Below are positions 41,501 through 51,023 of a stretch of 64,000 nt of DNA, one piece after another. Both the position numbers and the translations under genes were made by a program. Within the stretch, counting starts at the first letter, position 1. Each line of letters starts with the position of its first letter. The stretch spans positions 2,912,001-2,976,000 of the forward strand of contig OY729428.2 of NCBI GenBank assembly GCA_963422375.2, written 5' to 3'. The notes under the pieces are model-generated. The model was not told the DNA's origin. It saw only the letters and a list, made by a program, of their open reading frames with translations, and made no database searches. This DNA comes from Bryobacterales bacterium (GTDB taxonomy: Bacteria; Acidobacteriota; Terriglobia; Bryobacterales; UBA6623).

Positions 41501-41897
41501 CACGCCAGCGACTCCTTGGACTAGGGGTCTGCCCGCCAAGGTCGGCGGAGGCGACCGTCCCGACGTGGTGGCCGGGCAAGACACGATGCTACCGAACGCC
41601 GGCGCCAGCGGATGGTGGAACCCCGATGCGTTCGTGGCCAACGCCCCCTACACGTTCGGAAATTCCGGCAAGGGCATCTTGAGGATTCCCGGTCGCGCGC
41701 AGTGGGACTTTTCGGCATACAAGAGCTTCCGCTTCGGCGAGAAGTACTCGGCGCAATTCCGCTTCGAAGCGTTCAATTTCACCAATACCCCGAACTTCTT
41801 CGCTCCCGATACGGGCGTCGGCGGGCCTAATTTCGGCGTGATCAGCGGTGCTGCAACCCCGCGCAACCTGCAAATCGGCCTGAAGTTCATCTTCTAG
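38547..41897 (+). CDS. TonB-dependent receptor, Oar-like with N-terminal carboxypeptidase-regulatory-like domain
   Basis: GTVSDTTGAVIPG, LPLNGRDYLQL, EFKVITNGFSAEYG, KSGTNELHG, FYVQDDWKV..RLTLNLGLRYE, terminal QIGLKFIF. RBS GAGGAG upstream. Confidence 0.93.
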   Translation: MRTQACLLATLGLLGLVPLAVAQQADTALIVGTVSDTTGAVIPGVNITFNNVETGIASTAQTNESGAYRSNPLRIGTYIVVVEADGFKTYSGSGVSLSIGDVRELNVSLEVGAVTEVIEVEATAPLLQTTEASAGTVIENRQIVDLPLNGRDYLQLAVISAGTAPPRGQGISIGGQRSTEVSFMIDGVDNNNQSIASQGNQKEVVKPSIDALAEFKVITNGFSAEYGKSSSGIVSLAIKSGTNELHGTGFYFMRHESLDALNYFHPKGVPKPQFGRKQYGFAVGGPIKRNKSFLFGDVEWTDIRETSTFVSHIPTAEMRKGNLAEDISNAIHDPLTWDGSMRQPFANNLIPEHRFDRISNVVRNWYPDPDAPGIRRNFTFQTPRNRDNYKWDLRFDHNFSEADNLFARWSAQQQLRGSTPALPPTEFGSMTPGAGNDVTSNNVAVGWNRIWSPSLISNFRVGWNYIDTDVEIHDDVPGNINSELGLPRFNNGLRGFIFTGIVGYRSLGNSNWNPNLIQSQTRQFSADNTWTRGNHAIKFGTQLFFLQSFIDNPQTALGRIVFRPTFTARSPTETASTGEAFGDFLLGYGNEVWASNTVYMNMRSPFVHFYVQDDWKVNDRLTLNLGLRYEYNAPWTETKDAIGVFDRNGGPREHSSWQGFTRVANQDGNSRSIISPDYLNFGPRLGFAYKIAEKTVFRVAYGIFYGSFSNTGGGEFMETQPPFHFKVTLRSNTEIPEFPFADGLPPGSISAANAQDVQMSAWDLNPDQPMAQNWNFNLQHSMPGDALLEVGYFGNKMNHMMGRWDDNQPRPGQTVYDPVQRREFGPNFINQRRPWRYTHVPSARRGDVEFPGSSENEFITLGQSNTHSNRWNSLYHGLQAKLEKRYSRGLTYIASYTWSHAIGDWRSIPGSGGSPGENARYVLDTLDLSRERGPTPQDMRHRFVGSVVYELPFGQGKRFGSGWGTAMDAVIGGWSVGTISTFTTGTPATPWTRGLPAKVGGGDRPDVVAGQDTMLPNAGASGWWNPDAFVANAPYTFGNSGKGILRIPGRAQWDFSAYKSFRFGEKYSAQFRFEAFNFTNTPNFFAPDTGVGGPNFGVISGAATPRNLQIGLKFIF

Positions 41898-41914
41898 CGG
41901 CCTGAAACTCACGC

Positions 41915-41962
41915 GCCTCGCCCGCCCTCGCTCAGTTCGGAGCGGGACGGGCGAGGCCTTTC
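41915..41962 (+). terminator. Probable intrinsic terminator after the TonB-dependent receptor
   Basis: Stem GCCTCGCCCG...CGGGCGAGGC enclosing CGCTC/GAGCG, followed by CTTTCT (short U tract). Confidence 0.55.
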
Positions 41963-42106
41963 TGCGTCCGCTTGAGCGCAGGCCTGGTCCCGAAGCCCGG
42001 CATCGGGCGAGGGCCGTCCTCTCCGGGTCCGGCTAGGTCCCCCCGTTGGCAGCGCCTGTCGGCTCGGACCTGACCCGGGCTCGGCGAATCGATTTCAAGA
42101 TCCCGG

Positions 42107-43923
42107 GTAACTACCCAGGTACACGAGTCGGGTTTCATTGCAGCGCAGAGTGGACCGGTAGCGGAAGGGAGCCAGCGGAGGCGGGGCTGGGTCGTACGGT
42201 GCTGGTGGAGTGCCGCCAGCACTGCACGGGGCGCGGGGGCCGCGCCAGGTGCTGGCGCGGCAGCAGTTGACGCCGACCGTCGAATACATGTATAGATAGG
42301 AATGTTCCTAGCCTACAGGTGCTGGGGAAAGCATGGCGGAAGCATGGCCAGCGGCGGAGCGAGCGGCGGTCGGCGAGATCGCCGGGCTGCGGGCGGAGAA
42401 CGCACGGTTGCGGACCGAGCTGGCCGCTTGGCAGCAGCGCGCCGAGGGGCAGCGCGCGGAGATCGGCGGATTGCAACAGCGCTGGGAGGAGTTGGAGCGC
42501 TAGGTGGGCCTGCACAGCGCTAACAGCGGCAAGCCGCCGTCGAGCGACGGGCCGCGCAAGCCGCCTGCGGAGCCGCGCACGCGCAGCCAGCGCGGCCGCT
42601 CCGGCAAGCGCTCGGGCGGGCAGCCCGGGCACCGGGGCGCCACCCTGCAGCAGACCACCCGCCCGGATCACATCGAGAGCCACCTGCCGCCGCAATGCGG
42701 CGGCTGCGGGGCGCCGCTGTCCGCAGCGGCCAGCGAGGGCCGGCCGGTGCGGCGGCAGGTGTTCGACTTGCCGCCGCCGCGCTGGGAAGTGACCGAAGCA
42801 CCGCGCGCAGGCCTGCCGCTGCGGGTCTTGCGGCCAGCTGACACGGGCCGCGTTCCCGGCCGGGGTGAACGCGCCGGTGCAGTACGGCCCGCGCCTCGCC
42901 GCCACGGCGGTGTACTTGCAGAATGCGCATTGCCTGCCCGAGGAGCGTTTGGCCGAGATCTTCCGGGACCTGCACGGAGTGCGCGTGTGCGCGGCGACGC
43001 TGGCCGGCATGACGCGTCAGGCGGCGGAGCGCTGGCGGGCGTGCAGCGAGCGCGTGCGGGATCCGATCGCGGGCGCGGACAGCGTGAAACACTTGGACGA
43101 GACGGGGTTCCGGATCGCCGGGCGGACGCAGTGGCTGCACGTGATCGGCACGCCGCGGCTGACGTTCTACCGGCCGAGCGCCCGGCGGGGCAGCCTGCTG
43201 GAAGGCCTGCGAGGCTGCTTGGTGCACGATCACTGGAAGCCGTATTTCACGATCGCGGGCGTGCGGCACGCGCTCTGCAACGCGCATCATCCGCGCGAGT
43301 TGCAAGCGCTGGCGGACATGGACGGGGAAGCTTGGGCGGGCCGCATGCAGCGGTTGCTGCGGCGGGCGGGGCAGGCGGCGCGGATCGCGCGCGAGCGGGG
43401 CATTCCGCTGCCGCCGTCGCTGGTGCAGCGCATCGAGCGGCACTACGACAGCTTGGTCGCGCGGGCGCTGGCCGAGCACGCGGCGCGGGCGCCGCTGCGG
43501 CCGCCGTGCCCGGGACGGCGCGGGCGCAAGAAGCGGCGCCCGGGCCACAATCCGGCGTTGCGGCTGCGCGACCGCAAGGAGGCGGTGCTGCGCTTCGTCC
43601 ACGATCCGCGCGTGCCGTTCACGAACAACCTGGCGGAGCGGGACCTGCGGATGATGAAGCTACGCATGAAGATCTCGGGCGGGTTCCGGTCCCGGCAGGG
43701 GGCGCAGGACTGCGCCACGCTGCGCAGCGTGCTGTCCACCGCGCGGAAGCAAGGCCGCAACCGCCTCGAGACCCTGCGGCAAGGGCCGGCCGCCCTGCTG
43801 GCCGGACTGCAATCCTAGCCGGCACCCGCATCGTCCGCCCGCGTCGCATCGCAGCTGATCGCAGCCCACACGTGCTCCCCCATACGGGCTCGTGCAGCTC
43901 GTCAGGTGTACCTAGGCAGTTAC
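42107..43923 (+). mobile_element. IS66-family element (single-ORF, ISBst12-like), 1817 bp, complete ends
   Basis: IRL GTAACTACCCAGGTACAC and IRR reverse complement GTAACTGCCTAGGTACAC. 8-bp TSD GATCCCGG at 42099-42106 and 43924-43931. Confidence 0.95.
42333..43818 (+). pseudogene. IS66 transposase TnpC with premature TAG (42501) and frameshift (~42797)
   Basis: Coiled coil, NSGKPPSSD, GGQPGHRG, CGGCG Zn motif, HLDETG, LVHD, CNAH, VPFTNNLAERDLR..K...KISGGFRS. Confidence 0.92.
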
Positions 43924-44544
43924 GATCCCGGCACCAATGCTCGCGGGGCTCCGGAGGGAGTGCGAACGCTCCTTGTCATCGCGCTGCGGGAGACGCCGGC
44001 CGCCTAGCTCAATGCAGCCGCCCCGACACCGGGCACTGGCGAAGCCTACCGCTCCGAATCGAGCCCGCCCCGCGTCTTCGAAGGTGTTGCCAAAGGGAAG
44101 CTAGCATTGACATCCTATTCGGCCAGCGTCAAGATTCCACAGGAATCCACGTCAAACCGACGATGCGACACGCGAATCCCAGCCGCCCGGAAGCTCTCGC
44201 CTACACCGATTGGCCTAGGGGTCCGTGCGTCGCTCGCAGCGGTCGCGGCACGCTACCGGCAGGCGGAGGGAGGGGCCGTCGCAGGGGCCATCGAACCCGC
44301 CGCGCGTGCGTTTCAGGCTCGCGAGGCGACCGATCCAAGCCCGCCGAAGGTCGGGCGGCGATGCCAACGCGACCACACTCGGGGCGAGCCTATCAACCTG
44401 CTGCGAGGCGATACGGGCGCATGGGCGGGACGACCATCTCGAGTCGACCTGCCGCGCGGAGACCAACCTCGCCGGAAGCCGCAGCCAACCGCTGCCCGCG
44501 GCCCGCAACCGTTGGCCGACACACTCGTGCCAGACTCGTAGACT

Positions 44545-46242
44545 GTGCGTCGGCAACTCCCCGCCCTCCTCCTGGTGCTGGCGCAGTGCGCCTCGGAAGC
44601 ACCGCAGGACCGATCTGACCAGCCGCAGCCGCTATTTCGCGAGGCAGCGGTCGAGACAGGCCTGGTCTTCCGGCACTTCATCGGTGCGACCGGCAGTTTC
44701 TACCTTCCCGAGATCATGGGCCCGGGGGTGGCCCTGCTGGACTACGACCTGGACGGCGACCTCGACGTATACCTGCTGCAGGGATCGACCCTCGATGCAG
44801 ACAGCGATCCTGCCGACTCGCTCTTTCCTCCAAATGCACGGCTTGGAAACCGACTGTTCGAAAATCGCATCGTTCCGGACGGAACACTCACGTTTGTCGA
44901 TTCGACGGAAGGCTCCGGGCTAGGCATCGAGAGCGTTGGCATGGGAGTTGCAGTCGGAGACTACGACGCCGACGGCGATCCGGATCTATACGTGACGAGT
45001 GTCGGGCCGAACTTCTTGCTCCGCAATGTCGGGGAGGGGACCTATGAAGTGGTCGAGGGCCCTCAGGACTCGAGGTGGAGCACTTCTGCCGCGTTCGCGG
45101 ACTACGATAGCGACGGGGATCTCGATCTGTTCTTCACCAATTTCGTCGATTTCTCAGTTGCTAACAACAAGGAGTGTTTCGCAACTACCGGGGAAAGGGA
45201 CTATTGCATCCCAACCGTGTACCAGCCACTACCGGACCGCCTGTATCGCAATGACGGCGGTCGATTCACGGATGTCTCCGCCGTAGCCGGACTCAGCGCG
45301 TCGTTCGGAAACGGCCTAGGGATCGCAGCCGCCGACTTCAACAATGACGGTCGCACGGATTTGTATGTTGCGAATGACACCACGGAAAACCAGCTATGGA
45401 TCAACCTCGGAAACGACCGATTCGAAGATCATGCGATGCAGGGCGGAGCAGGTGTCAACATGGATGGCCGCGTCGAGGCAGGCATGGGAATCGCCGTAGC
45501 CGACTTCGACAGCGATTACGACGAAGACATACTGGTCACGCACAACGTTCACGAAACGAATACCCTGTACGTCAACTTTGGGAACGGGCTATTCTCCGAC
45601 TCGACCAACCGATACGGACTCGGCAATCCTAGCCTCGCTTACACAGGTTTCGGCGTCGCATGGGCCGACTTCAACAACGACGGGCACCTTGACGTTTTCG
45701 CCGCTAACGGAGCCGTAGCAGTCATCGAGACGCAACGAGGCGAACCGTTTCCGTTCGTTCAAGAAAACCAGCTGTACCTCGGCGGTGAGCGAGGCTTCGA
45801 AGTGATGCGAGCAGCGGCAGCGTGGGGTCCGATCGAAGCCAAGGTGAGCAGGGGCCTGTCAATCGGGGACCTCGACCTTGACGGTGATCTGGATCTCGTC
45901 GTCACCAACTGCAATGGGCCCGTGCGCTTGTATCTCAACCAGACCGATGGCGACCGCTGGTTGCGAGCGAGGCTGGTCGGACGCAACGGCACCTCCGGCG
46001 GACTCGGGGCGCGGGTGGGGCTCTGCTCGGAAGACGGACCCTGTTCGTGGCGTCGCGTCCATCGCGACGGAAGCTATCTCAGCTCCAGCGAGGCGGCCGC
46101 GCACTTCGGGCTGCGCGAGGGGCACGCTCCCACCCATCTAGAAGTCCACTGGACGAGTGGCACGCGAGAGCGCTTTCCGCTGAACGAGACAGGAACTGTT
46201 GTCATCCTCGAGGAGGGCGCGGGCACGCCAGTCAGCCAGTAG
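44545..46242 (+). CDS. CRTAC1 family protein (FG-GAP repeats + ASPIC/UnbV domain)
   Basis: Multiple DxDxDGxxDL repeats (DYDLDGDLDV, DFNNDGRTDL, DLDLDGDLDL), C-terminal GARV...SYLS...HFGL. Confidence 0.9.
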   Translation: MRRQLPALLLVLAQCASEAPQDRSDQPQPLFREAAVETGLVFRHFIGATGSFYLPEIMGPGVALLDYDLDGDLDVYLLQGSTLDADSDPADSLFPPNARLGNRLFENRIVPDGTLTFVDSTEGSGLGIESVGMGVAVGDYDADGDPDLYVTSVGPNFLLRNVGEGTYEVVEGPQDSRWSTSAAFADYDSDGDLDLFFTNFVDFSVANNKECFATTGERDYCIPTVYQPLPDRLYRNDGGRFTDVSAVAGLSASFGNGLGIAAADFNNDGRTDLYVANDTTENQLWINLGNDRFEDHAMQGGAGVNMDGRVEAGMGIAVADFDSDYDEDILVTHNVHETNTLYVNFGNGLFSDSTNRYGLGNPSLAYTGFGVAWADFNNDGHLDVFAANGAVAVIETQRGEPFPFVQENQLYLGGERGFEVMRAAAAWGPIEAKVSRGLSIGDLDLDGDLDLVVTNCNGPVRLYLNQTDGDRWLRARLVGRNGTSGGLGARVGLCSEDGPCSWRRVHRDGSYLSSSEAAAHFGLREGHAPTHLEVHWTSGTRERFPLNETGTVVILEEGAGTPVSQ

Positions 46243-46513
46243 AGGCGGTACCCTCGATTCGGCCCCTCCCTCAAGGCTGCCCGCACGACGGGCCGACGCT
46301 CTAGACACCAATCGCGACGAATCTCACTCGGGCCCGCGCATCCGCGGGATTGAAGTCCCGAGACGGCGATGGCAGATCCTAGAGGCCGAACGGAGCGAGG
46401 CGGTCTCGGGCCAGTGAAGACTGCGCTGAATTGCGACAAGCGACCGGGCACTTGTCGGCGCGGACGAATCCGAGACGCCGACGAGGCCCGCTGGGCTTCT
46501 ACCAGGACGCGAC

Positions 46514-47974
46514 TCAGCCGGTCCAGAGATCCATCAGCGGCTTGCCCTTGACAAGGTCACGGGGCTGGTTGAGGTGGTTGTGAATCTCCTGGTTGGGCTC
46601 CACGCCCAGCGCGTAGTAGATCGTGGCGAGCAGGTCGTTCGGATGCACGGGCTTATCCTTCGGGGAGGAGGCCGTCGCATCGGAGGCGCCGTAGAGGCGT
46701 CCGCCGGGAATCCCAGCTCCGGCGACCATCGCCGTGTAGCAGTACGGCCAGTGGTCCCGTCCATCCGGCGAGTTCGTGTTGCCCGACGTAGAGACGCCGA
46801 GGCGCGGGGAACGCCCGAACTCGCCCACGGCGACTACCAGCGTCTCGCCCAGCAGCTCCCGATCGTCCATGTCCGTCAGCAGCGTCGATAGGGTGCGGTC
46901 CAGCTTCGGGCAGTGCAGGTCCCGCAACGGGCCGAAGTTCGCCGCGTGGGTGTCCCAAGCGGTGGTCTCGGGGTTGCCGTTGGCGACCGACGGCCAATTG
47001 AGCTGCACCATGCGGGTCCCCGCCTCGACCAGACGACGCGCCATCAGGGCACCTTGGCCGAAAGTGAACCGCCCGTACCTGTCGCGCATCTCGTCCGACT
47101 CCAGCGAGAGGTCGAAGGCGTTGCGCGCCTTTCCCGAGAGGACCAGGTCAAACGCGTTCTGGTAGTACTTGTCCAGCGCGTAGCTGCCCACGGCCTTGTC
47201 GAGGGCGGGCATCGAGCCGTTGATGCCGCGCAGCAACTCGAAGCGGCTCTGCAGGCGCTCCGACGGCACTTCCTTGCGCAGCTCGAGGTCGTCCAGCTGG
47301 ATGGGCTTATTCGGATCTTGGTAGAGGCGGTACGGGTCGAAGGCCTTGCCGATGAACCCGGCGGCTCCCCCCTTCCCGATCACACTCGACTCCTGCAGAG
47401 GCCGCGGCAGCTCCACGAACGGCAGGACGGGCTCGGCAGGGGGGCGGAACTTGGTGATCCACGATCCCGCGGTCGGATAGTCGTTAGGGGACGGCGGCTC
47501 CAGCTGGCCCGAGGGTGACACCTCCGTGGGCTCGTACCCCGTGAGCATTTGGTAAATCGCCGCCGTGTGGTTGAACAGGCCGGCGGGCGTGTAGCTCATC
47601 GACCGGATCAGCGTGCATTTGTCGACCGCGTCCGCCAGCATGGGCATCGTTTCGCTGAGATGAATCCCCGGGACCTTCGTCTTGATCGACTTGAACTCGC
47701 CGCGAACGTTGGACGGCGCGTCGGGCTTCGGATCCCAGATGTCGATGTGCGACGGTCCTCCTTGCAGGAACAGGACGATGACGGACTTGGCGGAGCCGAA
47801 TCCGGTCGAACCGCTGTAACGGCTGGGCAAGGTCGAGGCCCTAGCCTTGTCCTGCATTCGCAGCACGTCCTGAAGAGAGAGTCCGAATAGGCCCAGCGAG
47901 CCGATCTTCATGAACTCACGGCGGGCGGACCCGTCGCAGAATCGAGCGAGGTGGCGGTTTGGAATCGTCAGCAT
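46514..47974 (-). CDS. DUF1501 domain protein
   Basis: ARREFMKIG Tat signal, FLQGGPSHIDIWDPKP, ARRLVEAG, WDTH, GEFGRSP, GRDHW. Confidence 0.9.
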   Translation of the reverse strand: MLTIPNRHLARFCDGSARREFMKIGSLGLFGLSLQDVLRMQDKARASTLPSRYSGSTGFGSAKSVIVLFLQGGPSHIDIWDPKPDAPSNVRGEFKSIKTKVPGIHLSETMPMLADAVDKCTLIRSMSYTPAGLFNHTAAIYQMLTGYEPTEVSPSGQLEPPSPNDYPTAGSWITKFRPPAEPVLPFVELPRPLQESSVIGKGGAAGFIGKAFDPYRLYQDPNKPIQLDDLELRKEVPSERLQSRFELLRGINGSMPALDKAVGSYALDKYYQNAFDLVLSGKARNAFDLSLESDEMRDRYGRFTFGQGALMARRLVEAGTRMVQLNWPSVANGNPETTAWDTHAANFGPLRDLHCPKLDRTLSTLLTDMDDRELLGETLVVAVGEFGRSPRLGVSTSGNTNSPDGRDHWPYCYTAMVAGAGIPGGRLYGASDATASSPKDKPVHPNDLLATIYYALGVEPNQEIHNHLNQPRDLVKGKPLMDLWTG

Positions 47975-48318
47975 GGCTTCTAGCTATAGGGATTATATTT
48001 CAATTCGGAAGCGGCTTGGAACGGTTTTCGAGCGCCTGCTGGAGAATTCGACCGTGACAGGGAGGATTCCGAGCCGTTCGGACGGGATTCGGCGCGCGAG
48101 GTCGCAGGTCGAGACCGGCTGCGCCGCCGTCCGCTGTCAGAGACCCTGGCATGAAGCGGCCCGTCCCGAGCAGGTCCCAGCCCTGGGACAGGCGCTGGAG
48201 CAGCGCGTGCGGCACCGACGACTGGCAGAGCGGTCCGCCACGGCGACCCCGCGCTCGCCGCTAGAGACGTCGGCCGCCTAGCTCGACCCGCTCGATCAAC
48301 CGTTCTCCGGAATCGCAC

Positions 48319-49020
48319 TCACCGCCGCAGGCCGGCAACGGCCAGCATCCGCCCCGTGTGTCCCCGCTCGGCGCGATAGGAGAAGTAGCGATCCAGATCG
48401 CAGCTGGTGCATTCGCCCGTGGCGTGAACAGTCTCTACACCGACGGCCGCGAGCTGTCCAGCCAGCACGGATCCGAGATCGACGTGCGGCTTTGCCCGAC
48501 CTCGGTCGACCGCGTCCTGGCTGAACCGGGACGCGACGTCCTCCCCGACCTCGAAGCAACAGGGACCGATTCCCGGGCCGATGGCAGCCTCCAAGTCGGG
48601 CACCCGCACACCGCACTCGGCAGCCAGGGCCGAGACCGCGTTGGGCAGGATCCCGGCCACAGCTCCCCTCCACCCGGCGTGAATCGCCGCAACCGATTGC
48701 GTCACGGGATCCGCCAGCAGGACAGGAACGCAATCCGCCGTCCGCACGCCGACCAGCACTCCGGCGCGGTCGGTCAGGACCGCATCTGCCACTGGCCTGC
48801 GATCCCCCCACGCCTCGACGGCCCGCACGCAGACGTGCGAGTGAACTTGCTTGAGAGTGGCCGTCGCGAAGCCGCTCGCCCCGAACGCGCCGGCGACCTC
48901 GCTGTCACCCGGCCACTCGAGGAAGTCGCCCGTCGCTCGCGTGGAAAAACCGTGAACGAGCCACCGATGTCGGTCCCACGCCGATATCCGCAGGACGCCC
49001 CGTTCGCAGACTCTGAACAT
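48319..49020 (-). CDS. pgeF: YfiH/PgeF family (purine nucleoside phosphorylase / polyphenol oxidase-like) protein
   Basis: HGFSTR, QVHS, TADCVPVL, AIHAGWRG, IGPGIGPCCFEVG, CTSC...YFSYR...GRM. Confidence 0.9.
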   Translation of the reverse strand: MFRVCERGVLRISAWDRHRWLVHGFSTRATGDFLEWPGDSEVAGAFGASGFATATLKQVHSHVCVRAVEAWGDRRPVADAVLTDRAGVLVGVRTADCVPVLLADPVTQSVAAIHAGWRGAVAGILPNAVSALAAECGVRVPDLEAAIGPGIGPCCFEVGEDVASRFSQDAVDRGRAKPHVDLGSVLAGQLAAVGVETVHATGECTSCDLDRYFSYRAERGHTGRMLAVAGLRR

Positions 49021-49028
49021 GCCGCGGC

Positions 49029-50006
49029 CTACAGGCCTAGCAGCCAAGCCGGGTTGGCCTTGGACATGCGGTCGACTTCCTCCTGGGAGAAGCCCGCGCG
49101 CAGCAGCTTGGCTAGGAACACGGCGAGGCCGTCGGTGTGGATCGGGTTCATCGACTGCCCGAGGTCGCTCGAGATCACCACGTGCTCGGGCCCGACCTCC
49201 CGGATCGCATTGACGTAGGCGGCGAGCTTCTCCTCGTCCGAGCCGCTCCAGGTCGGATTCGACGCAAGGGCCGTGCCGACCGGATACTCCAGCATCGCCC
49301 CGAGGCTGGCCGCCGTCTTCTGGAGCTCGATGCTCATGCCGACAGGAGGAGGCAGCGGATGCGTGACGATGATCCGGTCGATTGCCCGTTCCTTCGCCGC
49401 GCGGACGAGCATCAGGGATTCTTCGGGCGACGAGTGCCCGGTCGCGAGAACCAGTCCCCGCTCAGCGACGACATCGAGCACCGCGAGCACGCCGGGCAGC
49501 AGGGAACCGCCCTCGCTGACGGGGACGCGGTTCGGATTCGGCCTGTGGACGCGGTGATAGTGCTCGGAATCGAAAGTCGGCATCCAGACCACGCGGCCGT
49601 GCCCGCCCGTGGAGCGGGCCATGTGCTCGACCGCCACCGCGTTGATTCCGGTGGAGGAGTTCAGCGCGATCCCGCCGAATACCCTGATGCCGGGAACGGC
49701 GCGCTCCACGGCAAAGGCGAGGCCCGCGGTCGGGGCGTAATGGTTCTTCAGCAACAGGGCGCGCACCCCGGCGTCGCGAGCGATGCGCGCAAGCTGCAAG
49801 GAGCCGATCGATCGCGGACCGCTGTCCGGGGCACTGTGGACGTGCAGGTCGACCACGCCCTCGATGCTCGCCGGCTCGACGCCGCCGGTGGTTCCGCACC
49901 ACGCGCAGGATTCCTGGGCCGCCGTTGAGCCGGGCACTGCGAGCCAAGCTACGCCCAGACCGCAGCCGGCGACGACTGGCAGCGCGAACCGATTCCACGT
50001 TGGCAT
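49029..50006 (-). CDS. Metal-dependent TIM-barrel hydrolase (DUF6282-like, amidohydrolase fold)
   Basis: Signal peptide, DLHVHSAPD, LKNH, VWMPT, LATGH, VTHP, SSDLGQ. Confidence 0.8.
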   Translation of the reverse strand: MPTWNRFALPVVAGCGLGVAWLAVPGSTAAQESCAWCGTTGGVEPASIEGVVDLHVHSAPDSGPRSIGSLQLARIARDAGVRALLLKNHYAPTAGLAFAVERAVPGIRVFGGIALNSSTGINAVAVEHMARSTGGHGRVVWMPTFDSEHYHRVHRPNPNRVPVSEGGSLLPGVLAVLDVVAERGLVLATGHSSPEESLMLVRAAKERAIDRIIVTHPLPPPVGMSIELQKTAASLGAMLEYPVGTALASNPTWSGSDEEKLAAYVNAIREVGPEHVVISSDLGQSMNPIHTDGLAVFLAKLLRAGFSQEEVDRMSKANPAWLLGL

Positions 50007-50219
50007 GCCGCGCGCCTCGCCTCCGGGCGGACCGGCCGGAGACTGCGCCGCGGCCCGCCTCGTCGCAGGGCCGCTCCTGCACCGGTACCTCCCATAGCAT
50101 GTCATACGCGAGTCGCCGACTCGACCCGGGCGACGCCAGCTGCGGCGCCGCCGTCGCGGGCCGCCCCGAATCGGCGCTCGATTTACGGCTAAACTGAGCG
50201 GTCGGGCGTCGGACAGCAT

Positions 50220-51023
50220 ATGAAGCTTGAAGGACAGGTCGCCATCGTCACGGGCGGCGCGACCGGAATGGGGCGCGCGATCAGCACTCGGCTCGCGGCC
50301 GAAGGCGCGCGCGTCCTGATCAGCTATCGGGCTTCCGAAGCCGCGGCCAGCGTGCTGGCCGCCGAAATCGAGGGGGCGGGCGGCGCGGCATGGGCCTACC
50401 GGGCCGACGTGCGTAGCGACCGCCAGGTCACGGCCATGGTCGCGGACATCGCGGAGCGCTGGGGCCGTCTCGACGTCCTGGTCAACAACGCGGGCTGGAG
50501 CAGGGTGACCCCGCACTGGCAGCTCGACGACCTGACGGACGAGATCTGGGACCGCACGCTCGACACCAACCTGCGCGGCGCCTTCTATTGCAGCCGTGCA
50601 GCCGTGCCGCTGATGCGCGAGCACGGCGGAGGCTCCATCGTCAACAACGCCTCGGCATCGGCGTATTCCGCCGCGGGCAGCTCGATCGTGTACTCGGCGT
50701 CCAAGGCGGCGATGGTCAACATGACCGTATCCCTGGCACGGGCGCTCGCCCCGGACATCCGCGTCAATGCCGTCGCGCCCGGCTTGGTGCGCACGCGCTT
50801 CGCGGGCTGGCCCGTCGAGGCCTTCGAACAGGGGCGCCGAGTCTCGCCGCTCGAAAGGATCGCGTCCGTCGAAGAGGTCGCAGCCACGGTGCTGTTCCTA
50901 GCCGCGGATGCGACCGCGATCACGGGCGAGACGATCGTGATCGATTGCGGTGCAACGAGGCTGTCCACGTCGCGCCCCCGCAAGAAGGCCGCCGAGGAAA
51001 GCAGCGAGGGCCGCGGGCATTGA
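50220..51023 (+). CDS. SDR family oxidoreductase
   Basis: TGGATGMG, LVNNAG, YSASK, VNAVAPG. Confidence 0.93.
   Translation: MKLEGQVAIVTGGATGMGRAISTRLAAEGARVLISYRASEAAASVLAAEIEGAGGAAWAYRADVRSDRQVTAMVADIAERWGRLDVLVNNAGWSRVTPHWQLDDLTDEIWDRTLDTNLRGAFYCSRAAVPLMREHGGGSIVNNASASAYSAAGSSIVYSASKAAMVNMTVSLARALAPDIRVNAVAPGLVRTRFAGWPVEAFEQGRRVSPLERIASVEEVAATVLFLAADATAITGETIVIDCGATRLSTSRPRKKAAEESSEGRGH

Noticed and set aside
42501..42503. In-frame TAG/TGA stops as programmed readthrough or recoding
   Set aside because: They occur only in genes or elements that show other signs of decay, and intact genes use TAG and TGA as normal stops.
44740..45910. Repeated GAC..GAC..GACGG nucleotide motifs
   Set aside because: Explained by FG-GAP (DxDxDG) protein repeats of the CRTAC1-family gene.
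48130..48270. Possible IS21-like left-end remnant
   Set aside because: Only a vague resemblance. No IR pair, TSD or transposase sequence.
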